Origin: Bugula neritina
Lineage: Eukaryota > Animalia > Bryozoa
Assembly: GCA_964035545.1 (NCBI GenBank)
Contig: OZ037772.1
Span: forward strand, 1,922,001-1,986,000
Direction of reading: 5' to 3'
Length of the DNA: 64,000 nt
Below the pieces are notes generated by a model, which saw only the letters and a program-made list of their open reading frames with translations, searched no databases and was not told the DNA's origin. Of this stretch, positions 38,900 to 52,870 are shown piece by piece (position 1 is the stretch's first letter; the number at the start of each line of letters is the position of its first letter). A program made the translations under genes and the position numbers.

Positions 38900-40446
38900 A
38901 GCAAGACATGTAAACATGAATATTACCAAGTGCATGCATTGCTAGTTACTAGACTGTTGGGTTACAACTTACAATATTTGTAAGCTGAAGAGCTATTAAT
39001 AGAGATGATGATAATGCAGTATAAATTAGTCAGTCTATTATCATGAGTTAGTCACTGCTAATATTATGCTATGCAATGGCTAACAGTCACATAGCAACTT
39101 ACAAATAATTCTACTATTTATTATGATTATTATGACATCTATGATGAGGAAATAAAATGTGCCTTTACATACACATCATATTTTGTGTAAACAAGTGTTT
39201 AAATACAGTTGAACATTTGGTGTTCGAAATTTGTTTTTTTTTTTGTTTCAAATGTTAATAAAATACAAATCAAAAAATTTTTTTCAATAAATAATGGTAA
39301 ATTATGCTGAAGAACTAATGTGGACTTGTAGAATAAGTTCGCAAGAGAAGTAACTCCTGATTAACATGATTAAACAGTCACAATAATATTCCTGAAAGAT
39401 TCCTAGAGCCTAAAGTTCATACACTATTGTGATGCAGTAAGTATTCTATAGAGTTGGTATTGATATTGCAGTACAATTAGGTCATGAGCTTTCACCAGGC
39501 ATTAAGTTTTTACCTCCACTGATGGAGTAATCTTAGGGCTGCTACAGTTTATCGAATAATTGCAAACTATTTTGTATATACAATGCAGATTTCTTATAGA
39601 AAAGTGTCCAATTTTTGTTGAAGAAATTACTAAGACTTTTTTTTGAAATAAATGCTATATAATATGTTTAAAAATAAGATTTTAAAATTATTGTATCAGC
39701 TTTTATTCATAGTAAAAGAATTAAATGTATATAACTGTATATAACTGTATATCGCTGTTGATATTTATAAAAGAAGCGAGAGATGCAACTCCCAATAAAT
39801 ATTGAATCCAGAAATAATATTGAATAATAAGGTCTATAAGCTAAAGATCATACAGCACTGTCAGCTTGTAATAAATAATATAGTATAAGATTACTCAAAT
39901 GAAAATACTATAAAGCTACATTTACATACAAAACATATTTGTGTAAGAAAGTATTTGAATTACAGTTGAAAAAACTACTCAGTGTTAAAACAACATTTTA
40001 TTGTAATTAAAGCTTTATTGTAACATATATACAAAAACTTGTTGTTAGTTACTAAAAAATTACGCTGAAAAAATAATAAAGGAAGTTAGCAGGGGAAGTA
40101 ACTCCTAATAAACATAAATTTACCAAAAAAAGCAATTTGATTGAAAATTTTAGTTTGACATTCACACAACACACCACAGCAGTAAGTAATACTCATTGCT
40201 GTATAATCAGATAATTTACTTCTGTTACAACTAAAATTTCAATTATGTTACACAATGCTGGTGCTAATTGAGCAATGTTATACAATTTCATGATATCAAC
40301 GGCACCAGTGAAGTAGTCGTATCCAAATAAAACATGATAGACACTTTTCACATGTGCCTTTGGGACATTAGCGTTCTTCAGTGTTCAGTTACTCAATATA
40401 TACAATGCAAATATTTTTGTAGAAAGGTGTCAAATATTTTTTGAAG

Positions 40447-40876
40447 CCCTCAACAATATTCTGTGAGCTTAGGGTTGTGGGGGACAAGGTAAACATAATA
40501 TTGGGACAGTCCAACAGACTCAGTGAAGACTTGGCCAACCTTCTAGAAAGTTCCAACTGCTCAGACGTCACTCTGGCCATCGGACCGCGAGAGTTCAAAG
40601 TTCACAAGTCCATCCTCTCCGTCAGGTCTCTTGTCGTCAATGCTATTTTTGAGCATGAGATAGAGAACAAACAGAATTTAGAATTTAGACAAGATGGTGG
40701 CTGACCTTCTCTCGGCAGCAGATAAGTACGCACTAGAGAAGAGTCCCTGTTTGGTAACCTCTCCATGGACAATGTGTGTGAGGTACCATGGTTCTAGCAG
40801 ACCTCCACTCGGCTGAACAACTCAAAACACACGCTCTGGACTTTGTCAACAGCCACGTCACAGACGTCGTGGAAAT
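40447..40876 (+). pseudogene. SPOP: Intronless, internally deleted SPOP/roadkill-like (MATH end-BTB-BACK) relic
   Basis: TIFCELRVVGDKVNI...RLSEDLANLLESSNCSDVTL...EFKVHKSILSVRS...FEHEIE / NLDKMVADLLSAADKYALE / [10 protein letters not shown] / [28 protein letters not shown]; several frameshifts and deletions. Confidence 0.85.
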
Positions 40877-41599
40877 GTGCCATGGAAAATGTAAAGAAAC
40901 GTACCCTCAACATGTAGACATTGCATTGCCAATCTGAGTTAATGTCAAAGTTTAGCTCTATTTCCTGATGATATGGACTTCCTTCTTGAATATCAATTGT
41001 ACTGCTATCACAAACACTAGTTACAGTAGTATAAAAAAGATCAAATGGCTGGAATTATTGAAAACAAGCTGACGAGAAAAAATACAGCATTTGGAAGTTT
41101 AAACTCAAGTAAGCAGTATAATAAGCGCCTCTACGGCTATGGAAGTAAGCATCTCGCAGCAACAAACTTGTCAAAAGTAGGAGTTATCTCTGCTCGACGA
41201 ATATTTACTTATGGTTTAGATTGGCAATGTTATTACTGCATAAACAATATAATATGCGGTTCTATGTGTATTGTGTAACAGTTAGCACTCAGGTTACTAT
41301 TCTGTGAGACAAATTTGGGATTTGCTCTACCAAAAGAATTGAAACTATAATATATATGTTTTGTATAACATGTTTATCTATTTGATGATAATATTGAAGC
41401 AAGCAAAATTACAATAACAAACTATTACAAGACATTAACCAAACCAAAACAAAGATTATCCTAGCCATCCTTTGAAATCTTGCTGTGTAATACTAGCAAA
41501 CATAAATTGATAAGTCTGACAATCGAGATAGATAAGTTATACAAATTAAATACATAAGAGAATTGCAGTTAGAACATCAATATTAAAATATTTCCTTCA

Positions 41600-41930
41600 A
41601 CGGAAATTTTTGTAGCCTTAAAATAAATTCTCCAATTCAAATATTTCTCAAATATAAAATTGTGCAGCTTCAGAAATCCAAATATTTTCTCCAATATAAT
41701 TTGTGTAGACTAGAAACAAATTTCTCAATTCAAATATAAATTTGTGCAGCTTTAAGATAAAATTTCTAACTCAAATATTTTCTTTAAATAAACTTATGCT
41801 GTTTGTACATCAATAAATCGAATCAACAATTTTTTTTCAAATAATTTATGCCGCTTAAAAATTAATAGATCAAATCAAACAAAATTTTCTCAAACAAGTT
41901 TTTGCTGCTTTTAAAGAAAACTAATACACT
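41600..41930. repeat. Degenerate tandem repeats (caaatattttctc...aaatttgtgcagctt)
   Basis: Several imperfect 40-60-bp units. Confidence 0.55.
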
Positions 41931-42612
41931 TGTTAGTCTAAATAACAAAAGAGGTTAAGAATATCCTTAACATAAAATTGTAATATTACTTACTGCAGCC
42001 AGTCTATATTATCGATATTTGTATCAATTAGTCAATTTTCTAGACGTCCCTCCTAATTTAATTATTACTGCTGCTATATCTTCTATGCTCCAATCGTCTT
42101 TAGCTGCCTTTATCTTCTTTTATATCTTCATTCTTCATTTATCATTCATCCTTTTTCTATTTTCAGAAATTCAGCTCCTTTTATACCAAATCTTTTTGGC
42201 AATGGTTCAGATTTTAAGGATACCGACAATAACTGGCCAATGAAAACCGGCGGCAGACTGACGTAGAACTCAGTTAGGTTTGTTGGCAGCTTTACAGCCA
42301 AGATAGGGATTGAAGTAAGAAGGATCTGTTGTTATTGGCTCATCATTGTATATTGTGGGCTATATCATCATATACCTGTTGGTGTAAACAAATATTTACA
42401 CATAATATAATATGTGTATCTCTATTTATGAACAGCATCTGCTATATGTTTCAGCTTCAGCTTATTTATTCATCAATTAGTGTTTTACTTTAATTACAAA
42501 TTTCAACACGTGAAAATAGCATGTGGTACTATCCTAACACAATTACTTATCTAAAAGCCACACTACTAAATAATACTATTTGCATTATCTAAAGAAGCTA
42601 TAAAACCATGTG

Positions 42613-42972
<360 letters not shown>

Positions 42973-44255
42973 TGGGCCTCATGCATCATAAAACTTTTGA
43001 ATGTGTTTTATATTCTTTCTTGAATGTTGTAGATAAACTGTAGTCTACATACCGTGGTGGAGCAGATATAAGAATTTATAATTGCATCAACCCGTTGCAG
43101 CAGCCATCTTACTGGAAATCTCAAACAAACCTTAGCATCGCCAAAGCCATATTTTAGCAAGCTGACAGAATATCTCAGAGATATAACTTGTAAAGTACAG
43201 AAGTAAGAATTGAACACAAAGGACAGTATATGTATAATCATGCCTTCCATCAAGGCTATCGCTTTTTTAAAGAATTTTTTGAGAATAATGATACAAATAT
43301 TACCACTTCCGCTTAACAACTTATCACATAACGGTTACATTGAATATCATTTTCTAGATATCATATTTGTCTGTGTTTTAGTACTGCCAAGGTTATCACT
43401 CTGTTATTTTCTGATTTTAGTCTAGTTATGTTATAAGCATTAGATAACTTGTTTTTGAGACAGCGGGGTGAGAGCTTTGTAAAAAATTTAGCCTAATTAG
43501 AATTTCTGTAATAGATAAACGTTACTAGCTTCTTAACAATTCAATTGAAGTTGAATAAAAATATACATCAAATTACCAGTTCAAAGCAAAAGACTTTGAA
43601 GGCTAATAACTTACTTCGAGGATTTTAACCAAATAACAAGAGATTAAATCCAAAATCAATTTATAATTATTCTTAGCATATGACAAGTATGAATGTTATA
43701 ACAGCTGCTCTTGTACAATGTACTTGTACAGCTCTTACTCATCCTAGTATGTTTAACTGGCATAGCATCCTTGTCTTTCTAGGGACTCGTTGGAGTGCAG
43801 AGGTCATCTCAAACAAAAGACTTTGAATTAGAGTGGATAAATAAAAGTAAGCGCTTGTAATGTTTTTCAACTCTAATTAAAGTTCCTAAAATGTTATTGT
43901 TGGTAAGTTTCAGGCTCAAGAATAATCTTGTATTTTCTTATTAAAGAACAAAAAGAGAAAAAAAAAAGAAAAATAAGTGTCCTAAGTCGCGAAAACCAAA
44001 AGATAGCTATTCCAGAGGTGTGGACATATTTAAAAGTTTCAAATTTGGGGAAGGAAAATCTAAAAAAGTTCACAAAGATGTCCTAGAAAAATTTGACAAC
44101 TTTTGTAAAAAGACCTTCAAGAAAATAATCAAGAGACATCAACTGCTATCAATAGATGAGTATGTCACCAACTTACATTGTTTATGAGCTTGATAGACAA
44201 AACTTCACTCAATACCAGAGACATATTTTCAAATACTGTTTTTTTGTGTTTGCAG

Positions 44256-44500
44256 GTGAAAGACTATTTCCATGTGATGTCTGTGGCAAGGCTTTCAAGC
44301 GCAGACACCATCTTGCAGAGCACAGGCAACTACACACCGGAGAGAAACCCTTTCAATGCAAGAGGTGTGGTAAAAAGTTCACTCACTCCGGTTCCTATAG
44401 TTGACACCGGAATCCCACAAACAAACGTAGCAAAGTTAAAAGTGTAACATTTGATGGCAATAGAAGTCTGCCTATAGTAGTAGATGCTACTTCATCATAG
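44256..44500 (+). pseudogene. Orphan C2H2 zinc-finger exon of ZEB/zfh1/zag-1 type with a nonsense codon
   Basis: After ttgcag: [52 protein letters not shown]...; HSGSYSxH is the ZEB signature; TGA at 44402-44404. Confidence 0.75.
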
Positions 44501-46592
44501 AGTGTTGGCTCACAAGAGTTTTTCATCTTAAACATTATAAGTAGGCATTATTTGTGTAAGTTTTATCCAAGTTATCATGTAGTTCTCTTCTCATACAATA
44601 CAACTTATTGGGATATGGTAGTAGAAAAATATAAAAAAGATATTTTAGTTTAGGAGGAAAAACTGAAAAGTTACCAAAACCGAAGATGAGGTCTAGCCGA
44701 ATAATAAGAAAATTCTCACAACAAAGTAATTCGCAATGAAGGGTCAGAGGTCAAGCCAGTATATCTATTATCCTATACCACTATAGAAGTCGTAGAGAAC
44801 TTCGGGTCAATCAGTGGTAACGGGCTTTGTATTGAGTTATATAGAAATGGTCATCAATGTTCGCCTAACGAGGCGCAATCATTATGAGTAATTGATTGGC
44901 TGTAGCTACAGCCAGTTTAATTTCATTGGCTAGGTGATGATCATAGCAATTAGAACAAGTGGTGGATAGAGTTAGGGGTGATATCAATACAGATATTCCT
45001 AGCAGTAACTGTATTCTGAAAAAATATTTTTTTCCAAAATATTTCAAAAGCTATGAGTTATAAATAAAAATTAACAAAATTTATTACTTTTGAATAAAAA
45101 ACCTCAACATATGCAAGTTTGACTTTTTGATATAGATCCACTCCTTTTAGACTTTGTTCTAGAGAAAGGCTCATATTACTGTATCTATTGGATAAGAACT
45201 TAGTCTTATAGTTTTACTTGAAGCATAATTGTCTTCTCACTCTATTTCAATTCATATAAATTTAAAACTCCTTGAATCTATCTGCATGATTGAAACATAA
45301 TTGTCTTCTCATTAAATAATAGTTTTGCAGACTGAATGCCACCATAATTCATACACTCTTGTAAAAAATTAAAATGTTATAAATGTTTTTGGTTTATTAA
45401 TATAAATTACTCTCAAACTATTTTATATAAAAAAACAATTTTCAAGCTGATGAAAGAAAATATAATTTTTAAGAAATATATATATGTATAAATAATTTTT
45501 GGTATATGAATAAATGTAGAACAATATTGCATATGGAAAGCTTTATAATGCCAAAAATTCAATTTCAATAGTGATTTATTTGCTTGTAAAAATTAATTTT
45601 TTTCTTGTTTTACTATACTTTTAACAGTTGTACAGGCACAGGTATAACCTATCTATTTTACATCTATAGATGCACATATAAATTTATTACGTAGAATTTA
45701 GAAAATGAGCAAATAGCACAGATGAAAATTGAGTCAGCCTATATAATTTTTGACATTTTAGTAAATATCTGTAACCCATTGAAATACAACACTATAGTAA
45801 AATTTGTGTCACATTTGAGTTAAAATCTTGCATTCATGCATGCTATTTAAAATATATGAATATAATTTAATATTTTTGATTAGTAGGAACTATACATGTG
45901 CACCATTTTTTGCTATGCTATGCAATTTATTATCGCATACCATTTATTTGCAATAAAATAACTTATAACACTTTTTTATCCTATAGAATAATATTTATTA
46001 GCCTGCACTTGCATAACAAACCTTTGTGACTATTTCGCCATGCCATACGCCATGCATATAAACTAACACATTAATTCATGGCACATATCGAAATCGACTG
46101 CAGTCGATTTCAGTATTGCCATGTTGTTTTCTTGCACATGCAAGACATCCACACGCATGCCCGAACATGAACATGAGCAAGCATATATACTTCTCTACTG
46201 CTCTTATCTTAAAATTATAGCTTATTCAATTGTTGAAATATTTACAGTTAATGATTAAAGGGGTGAGCCCACCATCTGTTGTTTAGCCTCAGCATCACAA
46301 CTCTATAGAGGCTGCTAATTCACTAAATACCATTTAGTGAATTAGCTGCCCCTATAATATAGTTGTAATATGCTGAGGCTAAACAACATTTGCAAAGATT
46401 TAACTTAAAATACATGTTTGCAACCACATACAGGTATTGGCAGATACGAAAAAAAACATTGAGCAACATATGCTTTTAGGAGTTGCATTATCAACTTCTT
46501 CCTCAACATCATTAAAAATATATCATCGAAAGAAGACAATTTTGGCTTTGTGTTTTCTGTATATTTATTATTATTATTATTATAGGTCCTAG

Positions 46593-46714
<122 letters not shown>

Positions 46715-46975
46715 GCACCACACGTCTATATACATATATATAATATAATAATATATAATAATATATAATCTAATACAATATAAGCATGATTTATTATTTT
46801 TAAAACTTTTTTCCTTGAACTGCTATAGATGCATTTTTTGACTTAATTGATGGTTACTGCAATTTCGAAGTTAACAGATAAAGCATTTTAAAAGATTACT
46901 CTTCATGTTTTCTGCAAAGAGCATGAAAAACTGAAGTAAATATTATAGCACACTGCATATAAATGGAAAAATAAG

Positions 46976-49165
46976 TATGAAAAGATAAAGAAACTTATGT
47001 TCTCCAATATACTTTTTCAATTTTTTCAAAAGCCAATCCATGTTTAAGTTATAGCTTGTTGAAAAACATAGTCCTCCTTCCACATTCTTTCTAATTTATA
47101 CGCTCCTGGCTTGTATTGTATCTTAATATACTGTAGTTGAGTGCTTGTTAGTTTCGCTTCACCAACTTTGCTTACACTTCACAAGTGCCAGTGCAGCTGG
47201 CTCAAAAGCTAAATGTTATAAACTTTCTGCTAAAACCCTATCTTATATTCCTAGGTTGGTTGGCCTAAATAAAACAATTGTCAAATCATGATTTCTTGTT
47301 TTAGGAATCTATATACTCTATTCCAACCTGCTGCCTAGCTAGTTCTTTTTTCTTATCATAATCTTTGATGTAATTACAGAAATGGTGTGATACATTTTTT
47401 GGCAACCATCCGAGTTGCAGTAATGGTACCTATAATATATTATTATCATTATAATATATTGTAATATAGTATCATGTGTTTTTTATTATATTGCATAATA
47501 TATATTTTATTATGGTTGTTGCACAAACAAGTGCAATTAACCTGGTTTTTAAAATGTACCTCTAATTTATCAGAATATTAGTTTAGATATTTTCATGGTT
47601 TGTTAGGTAAACCTAAAAAAAGAGGCTGTATTCCCAAAGTAAAGGGTGTTGAACTATGAACTATATTAGATTAGCCACTCTGCTATACCAAGTGCATCAG
47701 TATAACATATGGCTAGCTGTAATGCTTTGTCTCCGGTGGCTGGCTGTGATATGTTAACTTGGCCAACTTCCAAGAGTTCAAAATTGGCGCAATTATTCGA
47801 GAGGTTAGTTATATACACACTGCAGAGAGCCAGTACGTGGTCATACTAACCTTGCTATTATCAGTACTTATTAGAACTGCCAATTGGGGTAGGCTACCAA
47901 CACCAAATTTTGCTCCATAATATACCTTATACACAATGCAGCAACATAATTTTTAGTTTCAAATTACATTGCCACCCTTACAGGAGCTGTGGGCTTCATA
48001 AACATTCATATGATTAGAGAGTTATGCTATAGGCCCTATAACTGTGCTAGTCTATGAAGAAAAAACACACCATTGTCAAAGTTTACTTCAAGTATGCTGT
48101 TTTCCAAAAACTCAGTTTTGTTCATCACTCTTTTGCATACAAATACTTATGTAATAACATACAGTTCAAGTTTTATTTTGGAGCACATCTGCAAACTCTA
48201 CAATAATAGGCAAGAGCATGCTTTACCAGTCTATTTCAGACCTGTTTTTGTAGCTATAGTAATATGCAAGCTATACTTATTTTTTAACTTTTGGGTTATT
48301 TGTTCAAAACCATTAGCTTTGCTAGTAACCTGAGGCTATTGCAACAGTTTATGAAAATAGCTAGCCACTGCTATAGTCAACATTAATTGACAGCCTAATA
48401 ATTATAACCCATATTTTGAGGCTCCAAATATTTATGTAATGATAGTTTCTAATATAGTGCACATTCAAATCATGATGGCTGTGTGGTCCAGAGGTTAAAG
48501 GCGCCAGTGATGTGTTTGTTGGTGGTGGTTCAACCCTACTCTGTGGCAATTTTTTTTGTCAACTTATGCAAATCCTACTCATGCATAATAAATTGAAATA
48601 TTATTCTACAGGAGGACAACATACATGCATACTAATTAGTTACTGAACACTGCATGGGCTAAACCTTAAATTGATTTTATGGAATACAATGTACTTAAAT
48701 GAATTATATGTGAATTAGAGAAACTGAAAGTGCACCTGCTGCACTATAGACAGACCTTTACTGACAAGACTGCAAAGTGAAGTGATTTAGCTAAAATTAA
48801 CTCTGCCAAACAAACAAAGAATTATGTTGTGCTGAGGCATTTTCAACAGATTGTAACATGGTGAGATGATGCAACTAAGTGCTAATGTAAAATAGGGTAC
48901 ATTATATTGGCAGATATCCAATATATTGCCAATTTGTGCGAGAGGGTACTATATGTTATTGTGATAGCGCACAGAGCAGCAAACGTACTAGGAACGTTAT
49001 AATTAGTCACAGGAGCGTAGCTAGAACCACCATATGAAGAATTTAGATAATTGCAGTGAAACTTGAAAAATGGTGTACGTTTTGACCAAATTGTGAAGAG
49101 CATAAACATAATTTCGAAAAACAAAGAAAGATATTAGAGAAAACATATCAAGGAATGTCAAGTTT
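46976..49165 (+). repeat. Diverged direct copy of the about 2.2-kb interior (34157-36336) of the TA-flanked element
   Basis: Colinear match from tatgaaaagataaagaaa to aaggaatgtcaagttt, with substitutions and indels. Confidence 0.92.
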
Positions 49166-52100
49166 GAATTTCATCATCAAAATAGGAATTAGATATCATA
49201 TTATGTGCAAACTTTCATAATTGTAAGCTGATCACTGTAGCACTTCGAGTATTCATGACTTTCATCATTCCAAAGCCATTCACTATAGCAAATTTATGTT
49301 CTGAAACCTACTAGCAGTTGCTGGCATGGGCTACTTGTTTGTGTTACTCAAGTGATAAGAGCATTGTGTAAACTAATTAACAGCTATGTGCAATTCCTAT
49401 TCAGATTTTATTACCAACACTTGTTGCTGCTATTATCATTTGCGGTTGCTTCATTAAATAGGTTGTCTGGAAATTCACTTATTACTAGTAAGTATGTACA
49501 TGCTATAACTGGGAGAACTAGTATATCTTCATACAGCAATTATATTATGGCTGGCCAAGCATTGATCAACCTTTATCAACAGCTCCTCAATTTCTGCAAG
49601 TGCACATCAAAATGTACATCACAAATCAATGTTTTATAAACTAAAATGTCAAAGCACATTAGCGTCAGAGTTCATGCTGCAGTGGGTTACCAACATGTAA
49701 ACTGGGCAAATGGCTGAGCCAGCAGTTTATAATATCAGTATATTCATTATGCTTTGAACTATAAAATCTTAGCTAGAACTTTATTATAGCTCTTTGACTT
49801 TAAAAAATTCAAGCTGCATATATTAAACTAAGATGTGGTCATACCAGTTATGTAAACATAAACTAGAATAACCTAGTATTTAGTGAATTAGCAGCCCCTA
49901 TATATAGAGTTATGATGCTGAGGCTAAACAATGGATGATGGGCTCACCCCTTTAATTATTAACTGTATATATTTCAACAATTAAAAGCTGTAATTTTTAT
50001 AAGAGCAATAGAGAAGTATTAAATAAGAGAATCAGCATGAATCTCACAAATCCTTTATTCAGTGACTGAGAATATTTTGTATAATAATTATTTGCTGTGT
50101 AAGATTCAAGCATTTAGAATGCTTAGGTTCAAAGTTAGTGTCATTTCCTGAGGCAAGTGAAGTGATATGAAAATTGAGAAAAACATGTATTATACAGGTT
50201 ATAAACTTAGCAAGAAAAGTTATGTTATTGCGATAATTAGGAAAATTAAAGACCTTAGTCTATCTCAATTTCTCCACTAATGCATCTACATATCAGCCGA
50301 TTTCTTCACCACTTATAAAGTAGCAGCCAGGAGCAAACTGGGAGGCAGACCAAGATATCTACAATAATAAAAATAACATGGGGAATTAGGAATTTATATG
50401 TACAGCTTTTCTGAAACAACTTGTTTCTATACCAGAAATCGATTGACAATGACCATTAAAGCAGTAATTAGTGAAACTGAAAAACCTCAAAACAAAAATT
50501 TCATAAAAAACATAACACTTGTGGTAGAACTATGAGTACTAGTAGATGAGACTACAACAAAACTTTACTTTTTAGCACAATGGCTGGTATTTTATGTAAT
50601 GAATCTGCAAAAGCAAATATCCAAATTATTGTATGAGCTATGTACAATGAAGGGAGAGTAGACAGTCTTCTATGTAGACAGTAAGTTGGGGGTTAATGGG
50701 GTTGACCAGCAGTGAGGAGCACCTTGAATGGCAATAAAGACTGTAGGTCAGAGCATATTGATAGGTTGTAAACATAAATTTACATCAGAGGTTACTTGCT
50801 GCAGCATAATGACATCGTAATATGAACCTGGTTTTTACCACTATTGTGAATTTGTCAATGCACTAACTTGAGTGGATGTTTACATGATCTAAATGCAGAA
50901 TTGCACTAAATAACCCCTAGAAATGATCTGGTACGTTCCTGGTAAACCTAACAAATAAATATTTAGACATGACATTCCTAAAATGTTACAAAAATTGGAG
51001 TTTTGAAGTCAATCTCAAATCCTAAAACACCAAAAATGCAACACCTAATAAAACGCTTACAAAAAGCGAAAATAATGTATATAATTGGCTGCTTGTGACA
51101 CATTATTAAAAGAATAATTCATTTCCAAATGCTAATTTACATTTTCAATGGGGTTATATAGGTGATTTCAGACCTGTACTAAAAAGTCTATCACAGCAGC
51201 ATATTGTTAAACTAGAGCAGATGTGAGAAAACTAAGTATTTTCACTAAATATGATTGATGTTATACACTAAGTTTCCAAGCATTGCATTTCCAAATTGAT
51301 TTTTCAAATAAAAGGTTTGGAAAGATGAGACCCCAACCATAAGTAAATGCAAACCACAAGCACAAGTCCATATGTATGAGCATCCATTCCCATAATGCAA
51401 AGCAGTCAAAATGGAATGATAATAAGTTTAAAACCTTGCACCATTATCATGTAGCCAGTTTACCTGAACTGGTGTAGAAAACCCTTGTGCTAACCTCTTC
51501 TATGCTATAATTCAAATATCGGAGCTCTTAGTTTTCCTGGTGAAAGATGGATCGGGCAACTTTCCTTCAACATTAAAAAGAAATAATAGTACATGAGAAT
51601 ATTATACACTAACCATTAAAATGAAAATCAAAAATACCAAATAATTATGAATTATGAAGTTTTGGGAAAATACAAACAAGATCAGCCAACATTAAATATG
51701 AATTAGCCACCTTTAGGGTCAAAACAATTATCAACAAGCTATGAAGCCCTTTATCAAACTATAAACAATGAACCAACGGCTGCCAGGTCTGCTTTCTACA
51801 TTGAAACAGATTTTTAAGTTTCTGGCAATATGACCAACAAGTTTTGCAGAGTCTGAGATGGTTAGGCCAAGTGTACACAATGGGAAGCAGTTGGTGACCA
51901 AGACAGCTGCTTTACTCTCAGTTGAAAATTGAAGAAAGAAATAGGGGAGGCCTAGAGAGAGAGGGGGGGGGGGAGGCAGAGAGAGACCTAGCAATATCAA
52001 AATTAGCTATACATGCTGAGTCTCTGCCACTTGCTACTGTAGTATTTTGACGATATTGCGTACCATTATAATAATTTACTACTATTTTTGTAAAGTCATT

Positions 52101-52612
52101 TGATGCAAAATTAACAAGTGACTAAAAATAATACATGAAACACAACATGATACATTTACAGCATTGAACTCAAATAATTCAAAACCTACACTGAATAATT
52201 GTTCAACTAACATCACATGAAAATATGTGTCTATTCCTACATATGTTCAGCTGGTTTTAATGCATGGTTGCCTCTTCAGCATTACATCAGAGAGCAGCAT
52301 TTTGCGATAGCCTCTGGGATTGTTAATCGGAATTTAAATTTAGTGAACACAAAACAATAGATTACGTACTACAATGGTGCTCACTACAGATTAGACATCT
52401 GCTCAAGTAGATATTGGAGATTTTAAGTTTTTCATAGCATTTAACACCTACCCACACTTTCTGAGCTTCAAATTTGTACAACATTTTTTTCCCCTCTAGT
52501 TTCATGGTTCTTTTGACAGTCTATTAGCGGTTAGCAAACAGACTAAAAAGAACCGATCTTCATTTCCAATAGTCTAAAATATAATACAAATAGATATAAA
52601 TTTCATTACAGG

Positions 52613-52690
52613 GAGCAGCTGTGGCCTAGGGGTTAGAAATCTGGTTTAGTAAGCCAGTAGTCATGGGTTCACTGCCCAGTAAAAGCCATC
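52613..52690 (+). mobile_element. tRNA-derived SINE head / tRNA pseudogene
   Basis: A-box TGGCCTAGGGG, anticodon-like arm ctggt-ttagtaa-gccag, degenerate B-box GGTTCACTGCCC; no good acceptor stem. Confidence 0.5.
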
Positions 52691-52870
52691 TTTGATGTTA
52701 AGCATCCACATCCAGTAAAACTGTGCAGGGAAGTAATAAATTATGCTAACTTCTTTTAGCATGCAAATTTACGATTATAAAAAGCTTATAAATGAATGCT
52801 ACATTTTAACAGTCAACAAATAGTAAATGAACAAATGTGTTCGAAAGCATTAAAAACTAATAACATTAAC

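Noticed and set aside
42030-42375. Protein-like minus-strand frame (…SAAGFHWPVIVGILKI*TIAKKIWYKRS*…)
   Set aside because: Six or more stops and no recognisable family; cannot support a call
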